From: Podarcis liolepis
Taxonomy: Eukaryota
Assembly (NCBI GenBank): GCA_965112155.1
Contig: OZ218103.1
Length of the DNA: 64,000 nucleotides
Reading direction: 5' to 3' (one strand)
Position 1 is the first letter of the stretch; every line of letters starts with the position of its first letter. Below the pieces are notes generated by a model. The model searched no databases. It worked only from the letters and a program-made list of their open reading frames with translations, and was not told where the DNA came from. Of the stretch, positions 24,343-38,300 are shown in pieces. Both the position numbers and the translations under genes were made by a program.

Positions 24343-25759
24343 TGTCAAAAAGCAAGACGCTCCACTCACTAGTTCCTGAGTGCACTCCACAGATAAATCC
24401 AAGAAGTTCAGAACATGGAATGGTACAAGCAAGAGCTGTGCACTGCAAGTACAGTAAGCCCTCCAAGGATCTCACTTAAAGCCCAAATTGTGTATAGTCA
24501 AAACACAATGGCAGTCCCACCCGCCATTGCACCCAAAGTATTTTTTCCTGGATGCTCACCCCCCCTTTTTTTAAATTGCCAAACACATAAAGCTGAATGA
24601 GCACATAAATTGTGAACTTACTATACGGTGGTAGTACAGCAAATTGTTGCATATAAGTATGAAGGCCAAGCATGCACACAGCAGTAGGCAATATGTGCAA
24701 ATACACAAACATACATGCATACACACATCCTTTCCCACTCCAGAAGCCATGACCAATCTGAGATGCATGAAGATTCCTTCCAGTACCAAAATATGAAGAT
24801 TAGACTGAAAATTCACTATGTAGCACATCGCACGCTACATCAACAGCATTCTGTCTAGATTAAACAAACCCTAATCTCAAGGAAGCATAGGGAGAGAATA
24901 TATTCTAAACCCTATTCACATATGTACCCTTGTGTTTTGGACAATTCTCTGGCTTTCTTGCACCTTCTATCACATTCTAGCTGAAAAAGGAGGCCAAATG
25001 AAATTTTTAACTTCTGGCACTGAGCTGGCAGGAGCTTATTTTTGGTTGAAAGTCGGAACATACTCTTGTCATATTTTAATAACCACAGTCTTAGAGATCC
25101 AAATTCATACAGCTTCAGGGCAATTCCCATTCAGTTCCAAACTCTGAAAGTTCAGCCCCTCCCAACATTCAACCAAACCGGTTTGCCCAATTCATTCTTT
25201 CAGGCTTCAGAACTACCAAGAAAGGAAGAGACTAAGGCCAGGCATAGCACTCAGTTTACCACCCAAAAGGTCTTCTCCCCAAGTTGTGAATGCCAGGATT
25301 CAAATACATCAGCATGCAGCTACTCTTTGCCAAAGGTTAGAAGAAGTAGCTAAATGAAACACTTAATTCTTTCATTTAAGTTTGTAAATATTTTTATTTT
25401 ATTAATTTATTTCATAAAATTTATATGCCATTCACTATAAAAAAATCAAAACACTTAACAAAAGATAAAACAGTAAAATAAAAAAACACACATATTGTTT
25501 TAAAGAAGTGGAGATGCCAATATGTTCAAGGTTCAACAGTCAATCCTTTCCTAGCAAAGTCCTGTAAATTTCCCCAAGTCTGTTTGTCTCTCCCTTAAGA
25601 ATAAAATCTGTTGCCTATATTCTGGCAAAAGATCACAAAAAAGTAATGGAAAGGAAATGCTTTATGAACCCAGGAAGATGAATCCTATGCAAAGAAGGTG
25701 GGGTGATGAAGAACAGACTTGCCCCAACTATCCTAACTAGCAACGTACTATTATTAACT

Positions 25760-26145
25760 TACCTAAACATTTCTACATCATCCTTTACTGTACTTGAATT
25801 TTAGGGTGATGTGCAACAAAAAATCATATCATAATCAAAATTACAATAAAACAGCAAAAAAAATGTTAAAAACAAACCAAAGTTTACAACAGACTAAGAT
25901 ACTTGGGTAAATAATAACATTTTTTCCAGGCACCAGGCACACTGCAATGTATGCATCAAGTGTGCCTCTTTGGGGAGGGCATTCCATAGGCATAACGCCA
26001 CTATTGAGAAGATTCTGTCTCTTGCGGTCAAATGTATCTCTGATAAAGGAGGTACATGGACATGGGTCTCAGCAGATCTTAACATGTAGGCAAGTTGGTA
26101 CTGAAAGAGATGCTCCTTCAGGCATAAGAGATGCCACAAACAACA
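25760..26145 (-). mobile_element. L2-clade LINE 3' fragment
   Basis: ORF 25894-26154(-) contains RDRIFSIVALCLWNALP, a decayed form of the L2 ORF2 C-terminal R-A-F-S-x-A-A-P-x-L-W-N-x-L-P motif, followed by a T-rich 3'UTR. Confidence 0.75.
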
Positions 26146-27655
26146 CTTTTTCATGCCTAGAGTTTCATTTTTCTGCTTATTTTATTCTCAGCATTCAGCA
26201 AATGATCTGAGGCTAAGGCTAAGTAGCTGGGAAACCGAACAGTCTTTTTAAAAAAAGATTTATTTTCAAGTACTGTTGCACTGAGAACAGTGATTTTCTA
26301 GGCCACCTTATAAAGGTTATTTCACAGAATTCTTTCTGTCCTCCAACTGCCAAGGAGAAATGTGTCACACAGGAAGCTGCCCTAAGCCTCATGGCTCATC
26401 ACCCATGTTGAAACCCCAAAGTCTACATACTGCACCATACTACTTGATATTTTGAATTCCAGTCTGTGGAGACTTGTAAAAGGTGTAGTAAGGAAGGGAG
26501 CAATACCTCCCTAGGACCACTTCAGAATGCTACAACTTGGCCTTTAGATTGACTAAGCAACACTAGTGCTAGCCAGCAATGAGTTTGCACAGCTATCTGA
26601 AGGATAAAGTATTTTCTCTCACAAACCTTTACTCACATTCAGTCTTTGCTTAAACATGTGAAGAGTTGAACGATATTCCTCCCCAAGTGTGGGTAATAGG
26701 AAGTCTTTAGAAAACAGCTCTTAATCTTAAAAGGCTTTGGGTTCAGGAGGAGAAGAAGAACCTAGGATTGCTCAGAGTGGCTTTTTACCCTTTAATTAAC
26801 ACACAAACACATGGAAATGTGGAAAGGGATTAGAAAATAAAATCTGCAAGAGCTAAAATGAATTTAAAGCATTACAGTAAATTAGAAGAGATTTAAGGAA
26901 GCAAGGATTGGCTTAGTCCAGGTACCCCCTTTAAAGGGATCACACCTATGGATGCTTTCATCTACTACTTTCATCTAGCTAAAAAAGCAACTTTTTATTT
27001 TGGAATAAGCCCACCCCATGCACTAATAGTCATTAAAACAACATGACAACTTCCCTTCAATGTCCCATGCTCTTGCACTTCATACTTTTCTATAGTCTAG
27101 TGTTGCTTCTAGCGTTGACATTCATTAGTGAACTCACAATGCAAAACAATGTGAAACCCTGTCCAGATTCTGTTGCTTTCCAAGTTTTTCCTATTTCTCC
27201 AAATCCTTGACTCTGAAGAGGAGTTGAAAATAATTCTATGGCAGTTGTCTCCCTGAAGCTGGAGCCAGGGAGAAGTTGCATAGACTTACATTTCATACAG
27301 TCTCCTTTCTCCTAGGTCATAAAGAAGTGAGAATTGTAGACATTTCCATTGTACAACTGGGGACTCTATTTTTGACAAAGGAAATAACATTTGAAAGTCC
27401 AGTCCAGGGGGTTAGACCATCAAGACTATGTGCAGCAGGTAAAGTATTTACAAGATAATGAAATTTTTCACGGGAGGTGTTCAACTGGTGGGAATGAAGA
27501 TGAATTAGAAAAGGATCTATGGGCTTCTAATGCAGCCTAGAACAACCTTTGCATATCCACCATTTTAAGCAAAACTTAGCACTTAAATAGGGGACCACAT
27601 AGTTAACAATGAGCAGGAATTGGCCTCTCCAATACAGTCACTTGCCTTCCCCTAG

Positions 27656-27832
27656 AAGGGCCATAGGTCAATATTCCATGTAGAAGGTCTCATGTACAAT
27701 CCATGGTATCTCCAGATACAGCTAGAAAAGATTCCGCCTGAAACCCCGAAGAGCCACTGCCAGTTGATCCATAGAATACAGATCTAGACAAACCAATGAT
27801 CTGACTTGATACAAGGTCACTTCCTATGTGCC
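27656..27832 (+). mobile_element. Same tRNA SINE family as 18349-18563
   Basis: AGAAGGTC...ATCTCCAG...GCCTGAAACCC...GCCACTGCCAGT...CTTCCTATGT. Confidence 0.7.
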
Positions 27833-28086
27833 TTTCATCAGAATGAGGGGGGGGGGAGGGAAATAGCCAACTTTTAAATCCTTCCACAGTAGCAGAGTTT
27901 CTTCCGCCATTATTATCCTATATAAGATGCCAAGGCTAGAATTGGAAGCCTTCATCTCTTCTGCGGAGAGGAGTGACTGGGTGAGGCAACCGGCCTGCTT
28001 TCGCTGCCTTCAGCGACTGAAAAAGTGCCAGGCGTTGGCATCCTGGTTTCACCCACTGCTTGCTTTCTGCTGAGCTCTTGAAAAGA

Positions 28087-28306
28087 NNNNNNNNNNNNNN
28101 NNNNNNNNNNNNNNNNNNNNNNNNNNNNNNNNNNNNNNNNNNNNNNNNNNNNNNNNNNNNNNNNNNNNNNNNNNNNNNNNNNNNNNNNNNNNNNNNNNNN
28201 NNNNNNNNNNNNNNNNNNNNNNNNNNNNNNNNNNNNNNNNNNNNNNNNNNNNNNNNNNNNNNNNNNNNNNNNNNNNNNNNNNNNNNNNNNNNNNNNNNNN
28301 NNNNNN
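28087..28306. other. Assembly gap (220 N)
   Basis: N run. Confidence 0.99.
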
Positions 28307-29059
28307 TGAGGGCAGAAGGAAGCTGAACGCCAAGTTTTGTTAATCAGGGACGACTAATTAAATAGTGACGTTGCACACACAGGGGCTCCTGCCTTACTGT
28401 TTGGGAGACTCAGGAAACCATATGTGTGTGAGAGACTGGGTCTAAGCGAGGGTAACAGAACCTTCCTCATTGTGTCACCCTGAAGGGTTTCAAAAAGGAG
28501 GAGGGCATAGTGAAGAGGCTACTGCTTGCCAGCACTAATCTGTTCAGAGATGGCAACTGAATTTTTAAACTTTTGTTCTGTTGCCACCGGGAAGGCTATT
28601 TCATGCTATAACGAATAATGCATGTTTCCAACACGACTGCTCTTATAAAAGACATCGTCGAAATATAATTGTGCATATGCAGTGCCTCTGGACTTGCATG
28701 CGAATAACTCTAGCCAATAGTTTCCTCTGTTTTTAGAACGAATCTGGTCATTCACAACTTCTGACACCCCAAAACAAGTGTAGTCCTCTATCAAACCAAT
28801 TAAGGCAACCTAGGTTTACCACCAAGTTCACACCAGATGCATCTTAGGCATATACCTAAGAATGGGATTTAAAAAGCCAAAGAACATTTAAGAGCTCAGA
28901 TCTGAGTTTTCCAAATTTTCCATCATATCGTATAACCCCCCTAGTTTATACCAAACTATACATAAAAAGTGATACAGAACAAAAAGGTCTTGCTTTTAAT
29001 CAAGTACAAACCACAATGAGGATAGATTACCAGATTTTAGGAAAGTGATTATAACCAAC

Positions 29060-29156
29060 AGTCCTGCAAAGAACAAAATCCTGTGGCATCTTACAGACTA
29101 ACAGATGTATTGCAGTGCAAGTATTTGTGAACTAGAGTATCAACAGATACCTGAAG
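29060..29156 (-). mobile_element. Old Penelope-like terminal fragment
   Basis: TGTGGCATCTTACAGACTAACAGA...TTTGTGAACTAGAG...CAGATAC resembles the GCACCTTAAAGAC.AAC...TTTCGTG segment at 40420-40465 but is strongly decayed. Confidence 0.5.
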
Positions 29157-32100
29157 CATGATCCTCAACTGACGATAAGGCTACGGAGGCTTGAAGGTGG
29201 GGGACAGGAGACGAGGCATGTAAATAGCAAGGCCAGAAGTGTATGAAATGCAAAGAGATCCTGTGACATTTCTGTGGAAAGCTCAAATGTATGTAATATA
29301 TACAGAGTGGCCTCTCTTATTCCCAAGAAAAGAGCAAGAGAACTACTAAGAACTGTCATATCCTCACCTGTTAACTAGGGATTATTGGGGGGGGGGCTTT
29401 TTGCAAGGTAAAAAGGGGGAGCAAGAGGTTGCCTACGGTAAGACACCTTTGTGCATCCTTGGTATACATTCTGAAAGTCCAGGATGGCTGACATGCGATC
29501 TGGGGCAAAATGTACTACCCCACTGCCTCTGAAGGAATGGAGTCCCTGAATACTCTATGAAAGTGGGGAAAAGAAAAAGAGCTATGTTTCTGAAGGACAA
29601 TCATTCAGACACCATTTTCTTGTTAAATATTTTCTGCATGTGCAAATTAACTTATATTCACATTAATACCAGAATATGCACAATGCAGTTCTTAAGGACT
29701 AGATAGTTCTCCACTCGCTTGGCAAACCCAAGTGATAATAAGTACCGATTGTCACTGCAGGTACAAGCCAGACTAAGAGTGTAATATTCAAGTGTGGCTT
29801 ATAGCAAAGGATACTATGAATCTATAAACTAGATTTTTTTCCCATTTCATTTTTATATATATAAAAAAGAACACCTATTTTTTGCAACCCAGGCTTGTAA
29901 TCGAAATCATATAAATTGTATGACTTTTCAACAACTAAGGCTCAGAGCCATGCATGCCAACCTTGAGAATATGTACCACTGAACATGCAGGGTTTAAAGC
30001 TGTTTTTCCATAACAGTATTTTATAAAAATGAGATTCATCCTATGCATACATCCCACTGCTTTCAATGCTTATTTCCAATAAACATATATAGGATTTCAG
30101 GCTATCATTCAAAGGCCAGACCTACAGTGCTAAGAATTTAGTCACTGAAAATGGACCAAAAAAGTGAGAGGGCAAATGAAATTTCTAGTTTCATGTGAAC
30201 AAACCCTCCATTTTATTCAGCATTAGAAAACTAAGGTGACACATACTGACATAAGTTATTCAAAATATGCTGGAAAACGTATTACTTGAGCGTGCAGTTT
30301 TTTATGGAATAAAAAAAGGACTTAAAATATCTAAATGAGAATATACTTTGAAGTTGTAAGAAGGAGCACACCATCCAATATCAACCTTGCCCACTCTAGA
30401 AAGGTTTCACTACCACACTACTACAGCTACTTGACTTAGTGCATAGTAGGGGGAGGTTGGATTGTTCTGGAAGACTGCAATCTTAAACCCTCTTGCCTAG
30501 GAGTAAGCTCCATTGAACTCAGTGGGACTTACATCAAACAAGTATAGGGCTCTAATGTACATCTTTCACGCTTGATGCATATAAGTCACAATAGAAGTGA
30601 AAATTATACAAATTCTGATGTCTCCACCCCTCTGGAAGTGCATGCCTAGAGATCCTTTGATCTGGACTGTTTTCACACACTAACAACGCAACCCGCAGAA
30701 TTCTATCTGTTATATTTTATCTGCGCAATCACAATTAATTTCAGGAAGCAAAAAGTCTTGTTGAAAAAGATGGCTTTTGAGCTGTCTGGCCCCAAAATAG
30801 CCACTACGCATTCCGTTTTGGTGACTGTAACCCTGGTTTAAGGAGCCATTTGGTGCCTAGCTTATATATCAGAGTTTCTAACGCTGCTCCACAATGAACT
30901 GCACTGTGAACTTCCATAACCAATTGAAGTATCAGGGTAAGCATAGGAGGCTGCAACTAAACTAACAAGCTTCTAAGGGTAGCATAAAACCAGGACTGTT
31001 GAAGCATTTTATAGTCTAAAGTTCAATTTATGCTCTGTAAGACCAACACCTAACCTGAAGTTCTGTCATCAAACAAACCCCTGACTGTTCCACGAAGATC
31101 ATCTTTGGTACAGCAGATGACCAACTAACCATGCTGTTCTGCTTAGTAGAAAAATACATTTCAATATAGAAACCTTGAAAGCATCACTTTCCCAAAGGGC
31201 CCAGAGAAAAAAAATACTGAGTTTTCCAAGTCAATCAGTGATGATGAAACTAAGAAGAGGGATGCATACACCCTTCCAACTTTTTTCCTTTGCATAATAA
31301 TAATAATACATGAAGCTGCTGTCTTAGTGCAGAATCTACTTAACAAAATTAAGAAATCAGTAATTCAAGGGATACACACAACAGGAACAGCTCAGTTATC
31401 ACTTTATATCTAACACACCAAGCTAAGTGGTGTTCAGGTTCACAACTAACTGGAGCATAATATTGACCACGATTTAATCATGACTTGGTATTTCTCCTCC
31501 TACCCCTTGATGGTTTAGAACAAGCAAGTGACAAAACACAGCCTACAGAGTGTAAATGGGTCTTGAACATTTTTGCGAGCCCTTGAAAAGATAAGCTTGA
31601 AATCAAAATAGCAAAGTGCATTGTAGGCTCAGAAATGGGTGAAAAAGTAGAAAGCCCAGCATTATTAGTAGTAGAACACATAGTATGCAAAATGTGCTAT
31701 GTTCACTTCCCAACTGAACTAGATGGTCTACCCCTTAGACACTACTAGGTTCAACCAGAGGTAACCCTTGGGTAATTATTAATTACACTCCAAAACATTT
31801 CATTTATTTGAGGTCCAAACTATTTTATGGCTTTTGCTGTGCTACCATCAGGTTCTCACATTTGGGGATTTTTTTGCAGTTTCTATTAGTAATAGGCCAA
31901 CCAGCTAAGGAATGGAGTCAGTGACACATTACTGATTTCCAGCTAGTTTTATTTTTAAACTTTATGTCAATTATAGTTGGCAAATCTGTTAGCATTTTTA
32001 AGTTGCAGATGCTTAAATATATTCATCCTAATAATAATAGTTTCCTACTTTCATTCTGAAAGAGGAATTGCATCGACCACCATATTCACATAAATAAGAA

Positions 32101-33404
32101 TTATGCCAATTACACATTAACCTGCAAAATTACTTGCTATGCAAAACTGAACTCCAGTGGAGTTTTCTTAAACGTGCATATGGTTTAATTTACAAAATTT
32201 CATTCACTTTTGCCGAATCAGTAGCTCTGCCTGTAGGGGAAGCCATTTCTGCATGACAAGTCTATGCTCTCAGCTGCGACTGTCGTTAATCAGGAACACT
32301 ACCATTTCTCAACAACAGTTGTATAAAAACAGCTATGAAAGGACCAAACTACGCAGAGAAGCTAGGTGAGATAGCCATTAAACAGACTTGCTGGTAAGTT
32401 TACACTGTTGTCTTCCATGATTATCATTTTATATCCAGACAGATGGACAGATAGGGCAAAAAACTTTAATTTCAAAATACTTCTGTAGAGTCTAATTACT
32501 AGAGGGATCCCAGTCTGAGGATGAACACTACAGGATTGAAAACAGTAGCTGTAAGGTGAACGATACATACAAGTTTATATTCTTGCCAGGTCTGTGAGAA
32601 CACTTAAGTACCATTAACAGGAGTGGCCTTCCTAAAGCAATGGAGATTGAGGAAGTGAAAATTTTGTTCTCTACTGCTCATGCTATTCTGTTGCAATCTA
32701 AAATTTGCTCCATCCATCTATTCATGATCATGTTATAGAACTAGGGAGACATAGAGTCTGAATAACTCTGCAGTTTCAGTGTAATACAGAAAAGAAGAGA
32801 AAAACACTTCAAGATATAGTTTATTTAAATAATTTTTAAAGAAATAATAAAAAAAGCTTGTGCGAATAAGTCAGTACCTTTGATTGCCAGCTTTTTGTTT
32901 AAGAAAGCAGAAAAGGGGACAAAGAGTTGAGAAGTTAATAAAGTGGGGAAAGAAGTCTATTCATATTGAAGGAGTCTGTCTCGTCTCGTGGGAAGAACCG
33001 AAATTTACAACAAAAAAATTACTTCAGCAGAGAAAAGAAGCAGGTTTAAGTGAAGGTGCTCTACGTTTTTAATTGAAAGGGAGAGTCAAATGAAATATCC
33101 AATATCCCCATTTGAAAGAGAATGAAAACCCAGCTACATTGGCAAGAAATTGCTAAAGCACTATTTTTTTTCCTGAAGTCTTCTTAGGAAGTAGAAGGAA
33201 GAGGAGGTTTCCTTTCTATACTGTATATGAAGACACCCCAAGAAAGGCGGGGGCAGAAACAAGTTTTATTCATTTATTTTATATAAGAAGAGTAAGATAA
33301 TAAAAGAAAGTTTTATAATGTCACAGTTTGGAAGAAGCAGTAGAGGGGGGGAGAGAGTGTGTTTTAAAAAAAGCAGCTAAGAACAGAAGGACTAGCTCTA
33401 ACCA

Positions 33405-33625
33405 CCCGCTGCACAAGCCTCCTTCCCAACGAGATTCAATTAATTGATAACAAGAGGCATCAAATTAATTTTTCAAGGATGTTAGATTTTGATGAAGGAA
33501 AAAATCTCTCTGATTTTAATCGGGGCGGCGTTTAAAAGGCATAAATGAATATCCCTTTCTAATCATCTGAGGCGCCGAGGAAGCGCCAAGCGGTTAACGT
33601 GCAAATTCAAACCGTTTAATTAGGG
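33405..33625. promoter_or_regulatory. Candidate conserved intronic enhancer (homeodomain-motif rich)
   Basis: Non-repeat block with retained CpGs and dense TAAT/ATTA motifs (CAATTAATTG, AAATTAATTT, TTTAATC, CTAATCA, TTTAATTAG), flanked by low-complexity sequence. Confidence 0.5.
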
Positions 33626-34702
33626 GGGGCAGGGAGGAGGCAGCATGGGGAAGGAAAACAGTTTCTCTTTTAAGAAGCTTTTATGAAGAATTTTTTTATT
33701 ATTAAAAAAAAAACCCTCTCGCCATTATGTACTTGTGCAACACGCAAAATTTCAGCTTGGGACAAAGTCAGGAGTTTTACTCTCGAATAGAGATAATTTC
33801 CCATCACAACCTAATTAAACAGAAAAGAAAATACAAAAATGGAAACAATTTAAACCGTGGATGAAAAAAGAAAATGAATGGAATTGCAACTCTTAGCCAC
33901 ACTATGCCCTCAATGTTTCCTGCTACTGGAAACCTACCTTACACACTTGCACGTGGATAAAAGTGTGCAGGAAAGAAAGGAGACATGCACAACACACAAA
34001 ATTAAAGTAATGAAAGGAAGCCTCATCTCCCACCTTGATTTGCGTGTTTACATTTTTACAGGATAGAGAGGCTCTGAATGACTTTGCTGCTCTGCAAGCA
34101 GGGATTTAGCTCATGGAAAGCTCATGCGAATTCACCAGCGGAAGACATCAAATACAATTAGTTTGCATATGCTGTGTCCAGTCTCCTTCATTCATAGCTT
34201 ATACAAGAGAAGTCATTACCAGTCATGGGACAAATTTACACCTCAACAAGATTTTCAGATAGCAGCACCACCACCCACCACCCAATTTCACATTTGGTCT
34301 CACATTCAGTAAAAGGTTTAATATGTGAATTAAAACATACTGCCCCACCATGTAGCATGAAAGTCAAATGTGGGGGGTTTAGTTGTCATCTCAAGCATTA
34401 GCTACATACAGCTAATGGCTTAATCACCAATTCAGAAACAGACAAAAGCATTTCTGGCCCTACTAAGCGCGCGTGTGTGTGTGTTTGTGTGTGTGTTGTT
34501 TTCTTTGCCCCTAGAGACAATGAGAAGTCTGTCTGCCCAGCTACCTATAAATTGCAAGCACCAGAAATATCCACAGGTACACTGGCAATATTCTGATGAG
34601 TGATCAGCTGAGGAGGGGATGCTTAATAAAGCAACTATGGCTCAGCCCACATATTCTAAGCTTAATAAGGGCAAGGGAAGCCAGTTGCTTCTGCTAAAAC
34701 TA

Positions 34703-34882
34703 CAGTGGACGCTCAGGTTGCGAATAGGATCCGTGTGGGATGCACGCTCGCAACCCGAGGCAGCACGTCTGCGCACGCGTGGGTTGCGATTTGGTTTTGC
34801 ACATGCGCAACCGCCAAAACCCGGAAGTAACCCGTTCCAGTACTTCCGGGTTTCGGCGGGTCCGTAACCCGAGGTATGACTG
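34703..34882. mobile_element. Tc1/mariner-type MITE (CpG-rich)
   Basis: TA|CAGT...ACTG|TA ends, imperfect TIRs resembling those of the 40 kb and 56 kb elements, and an internal inverted repeat. Confidence 0.8.
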
Positions 34883-34977
34883 TATTGTCGAATAACCCCA
34901 AACATCAGATGCAAGAAGAAGCAGGCCAAGGAACAAGCTCTCATATAGAAGTGTTCATTTAAACTGCTGGTTTAAAT

Positions 34978-35372
34978 GAGGGAGAAAGCCTTCTCCATGA
35001 TGGCCGCATGGGTTTGGAACTTTATGCCAGTGCATCTGAGACAGGCTTCCAGGCTTCAAGTTTTTCAAAAGGCTTTAAAGACATCTCTTTTTTGACTAGT
35101 CCAGTCTTGAACTGAGAGTTCCTAGTTGAGATTCCTGCATTGCAGCAGGGTTGGACTAGAATGACCCCTGGGGCCCTTCCAACTATACAATTCTATTTTT
35201 CTAGTGCTGTAAAAGTGCTCAATTGGCCAGCTGAGCATATTTATTTGTTTTGTTTTCGAACACTGTATATATTTTGCAAACTTTTACAGTTGATATTTTG
35301 TAAACATTCCCTACTTCAAGCCACTGTGGATGGGCATCATCCAGAAAGAAATACCCTAAATAAGTAAAAATA
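34978..35372 (+). mobile_element. L2-clade LINE 3' fragment interrupted by a CR1-type tail (35124-35196)
   Basis: GAGAAAGCCTTCTCC...TGGAAC...TTAAAGACATCTCTTTTT encodes a decayed (R/K)AFS...WN...LKTxLF motif. It ends in an A-rich tail. Confidence 0.6.
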
Positions 35373-38300
35373 CAGTAAAATTTGAACCCCCTCCCACTGC
35401 AATCACAATTTCTTCGGAAGGCAAGAATCTGTCTTAAATAAGACTTTAATTTTATTTTTTTTAATCATGCAGGCATGCACTACAGAATCCAAGAAGTAAA
35501 AGGTATTACCGGCAACTTGTTAGGAGTTGTGTGAATCAACTTCCCTGATTCAAGTTCTGCCCTGTTTTATGAGAGTGAAGCATACCTCAGTCATACCACC
35601 AAGGTAGCTGCTGAAATACTACCATCATTTTGTACGTACTGCCAAAGAAAGAACAAGAAGATGCAGCATAACAAGTACTCAGATACGGAAAGCCTATCCA
35701 GTGTCTTACTCTAATTAAGCCCTTTACTCAACAGAAGCAGCAGTTTGCTGTCAATGGGGGGGGGAGCAACTACTATCCTCAAGAACATAGTGGAAATGGG
35801 CCTTGGCCCAGTCCCAAACTGCTCTATGAAAATGTTTGCTCTGTTAAAACTGTTCCTATATCCTACAGCTTATCAATTTTTTTTAACAATAAAGAACTAA
35901 TAAATCAGAATCAGTAAGTAGTACCAGCAGCCAGGAGACAAATTCCTAAATCCTCCAGGCAAAAATGCATCCAGTGCATACATGCCTATAGTGCAAGATT
36001 ATACCATTTAACTGGTGCCGCCCTCAGTGCAAAGCTGTACATCTGGGAACTCTGCCTGCTTCAGTTAATTTTGCCTTACAGTTTACAAGGCTCCAAATTA
36101 GCCACTTCCTTCAACAAGAAACAGCTAAGAACTAGTTTACTAGTTTTAGAATAGGCTATTAAACAAGTAACTGAATAGCTCACATCACAAAGAGAATTGC
36201 ATGTATGCACATGTTAGATATGAGCAAATCTAACTGCACCCCCCCAAAAAAATAAAAAAATAAATGGTAGCTCTGTAAAGTCAGTTGACTTGGCCAACTT
36301 CGGTGTGATGCCAGAAATAGCTGCAATAATTTCAATTTAAAACTTTCCCATATTGCTTTACTGCCACATGGACTATCAGGGGAAAGAGACTAAAAGAAAA
36401 CAAATGGAGCAAAGAAGATAAATATGCAGGTTCTTTTTGACCTAAAAATTCTTGGTCATCTTATGCTGGGTAATATGTGTAGCCCAAGGTCCTCAGCACC
36501 TTCCAGCTCCTGCACTCTTGATTTCACAAAATACACAATACTAGATTTATAGCTCTGAAGAAATTGTAGCTTGCATGATCACAGGACAAGCATGGAATCG
36601 GAAGAAACAGAGCTGTTTCTCCGACATGTCTTAACTTTTCCTCTACAGCAGAAAGTGAATCTCTCTACCTATTCAATCACTAACCCATAGCAAGAACTCC
36701 ATATGACAGCAAAATAAATACTAGTTGCATTCAGGGCTTTAATGGCAGCGTTATCGCTCCTACTGAGAACTGGAAAGAGATTCACAATCCAGCTCATCCC
36801 AGACTAACAAATCAGATTATGGTAGTCCTCTTGTGTTTATGGGTCATGTTGGAACCTCTCCTCCACCATCCCCCCACCTTCCCCTTCAGCTATGTCAGGG
36901 TGGAATGCTATTTCCAGATGATTAACAGAGTGATTTTGGCTTTGTTACTGCTGCAACTTTTGTCACAAAGTGCAGGCAGTCTGAAGCTCTTTAGACAGTC
37001 ACCTTCATTTGCACACCTTGATGTGTTCTGTTTCACATGGGGACAAAACAGTAGGGCCTGAACATGCCTGAGCAATATCCAACATGCCAATCTTCGGGAA
37101 CATAGAAATTATCAAAAGCTGCAATTTCTGCAGCTTGAAATATGGGGTTACAGTTTTTTTAGTTTTAATGGATATATCTTAAAAGTGGGCCACGCAAGAT
37201 GTCAGCATCCCATTCCCGTAGTTGGCTAAATGTGAATGCCTAGTTCTAGAGTAGTGCTAGATAATACACTCCTTGCAATGTTTGAGATTTTTATACCTCC
37301 GTATAAAAGTTTATCAGGGTGGTTCACCAAAATTTAGAATAGAGGAAATACAATAGTGCCTTAATGCTATTACTGGGCCAAAAAGGGAACTTTCCGTTCT
37401 AACAGGTGGGGGAAGGGGGGCAGTGGCTTATTTCAGACATAAATGATTTTTGCACCAAGAGAAAAGTGCTATACCTGCACGCCTCCCTGTTCCCTATTCT
37501 TGTGTACTATAATGCAAGACTTTATTAAATTTCAGTTTTCAGTGGAAAACTAGGGAAATCATATCCTAGTTTGTAATCAGAGATTAAACCTGGTTTCAGG
37601 TTTCCTGGTTCTAATGTAATAGGAAACTGATTTAAACAAACCCTGGTAGTTTTTCATCAGAGTGCATAAGAGAAGGGAAAGGGAGGAAGGGCATATACAA
37701 GCGTAATGTTCATTCTCAGTCCAATGTACCATGGCTTATTAGCAAAAGATCAGCCTAAAGTGGGTCAACATGACTGTCTTTGATTTCATCAAGAAGGAAG
37801 CAACTAATCATAGTACTTCCAATACTGTGCTACAAATTCCATACACACAAGAACAAAATGACTGATAGACCAAAAAGTGAACTATGTGAATGAAAGATTG
37901 CTGAAAGGAATTTTTTATTTTATTTGGGGTATTTCTATACAATCTTCATAGTATTTTATTCTAAGATGGTCTACAGAGTGTCCAAGGAGGAAGAGGTTCA
38001 ACAAAGGCAACCTGGAGACCAAGGATCAGAAATCACCCTGAGTGCCACTCTAGTCTCATCCCAGACCTTAAAATCCAAGGAAACTCTTAAAATTCATTCA
38101 TCCCTAGATGACAGAACACGTGCTCCAGCACTAAATAGCCTCAAATTGGATACATCACTAAGTGGAGGCATATAAAGATTTAAGAACACTGGAAGGAGAA
38201 GGATTTTCCTACTTCAGATTAACTAAAATTACTAGGATGACAAAACCCTTTCACGGAAGAGATGGGTTTTTAAAACGCTTCTCTCTCATTTCACCGATTC

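Noticed and set aside
34593-34620. Other CTGATGA/CTGAAGA heptamers as hammerhead cores (also ~27213 and ~45875)
   Set aside because: No stem II plus GAAA plus cleavage-triplet arrangement follows them.
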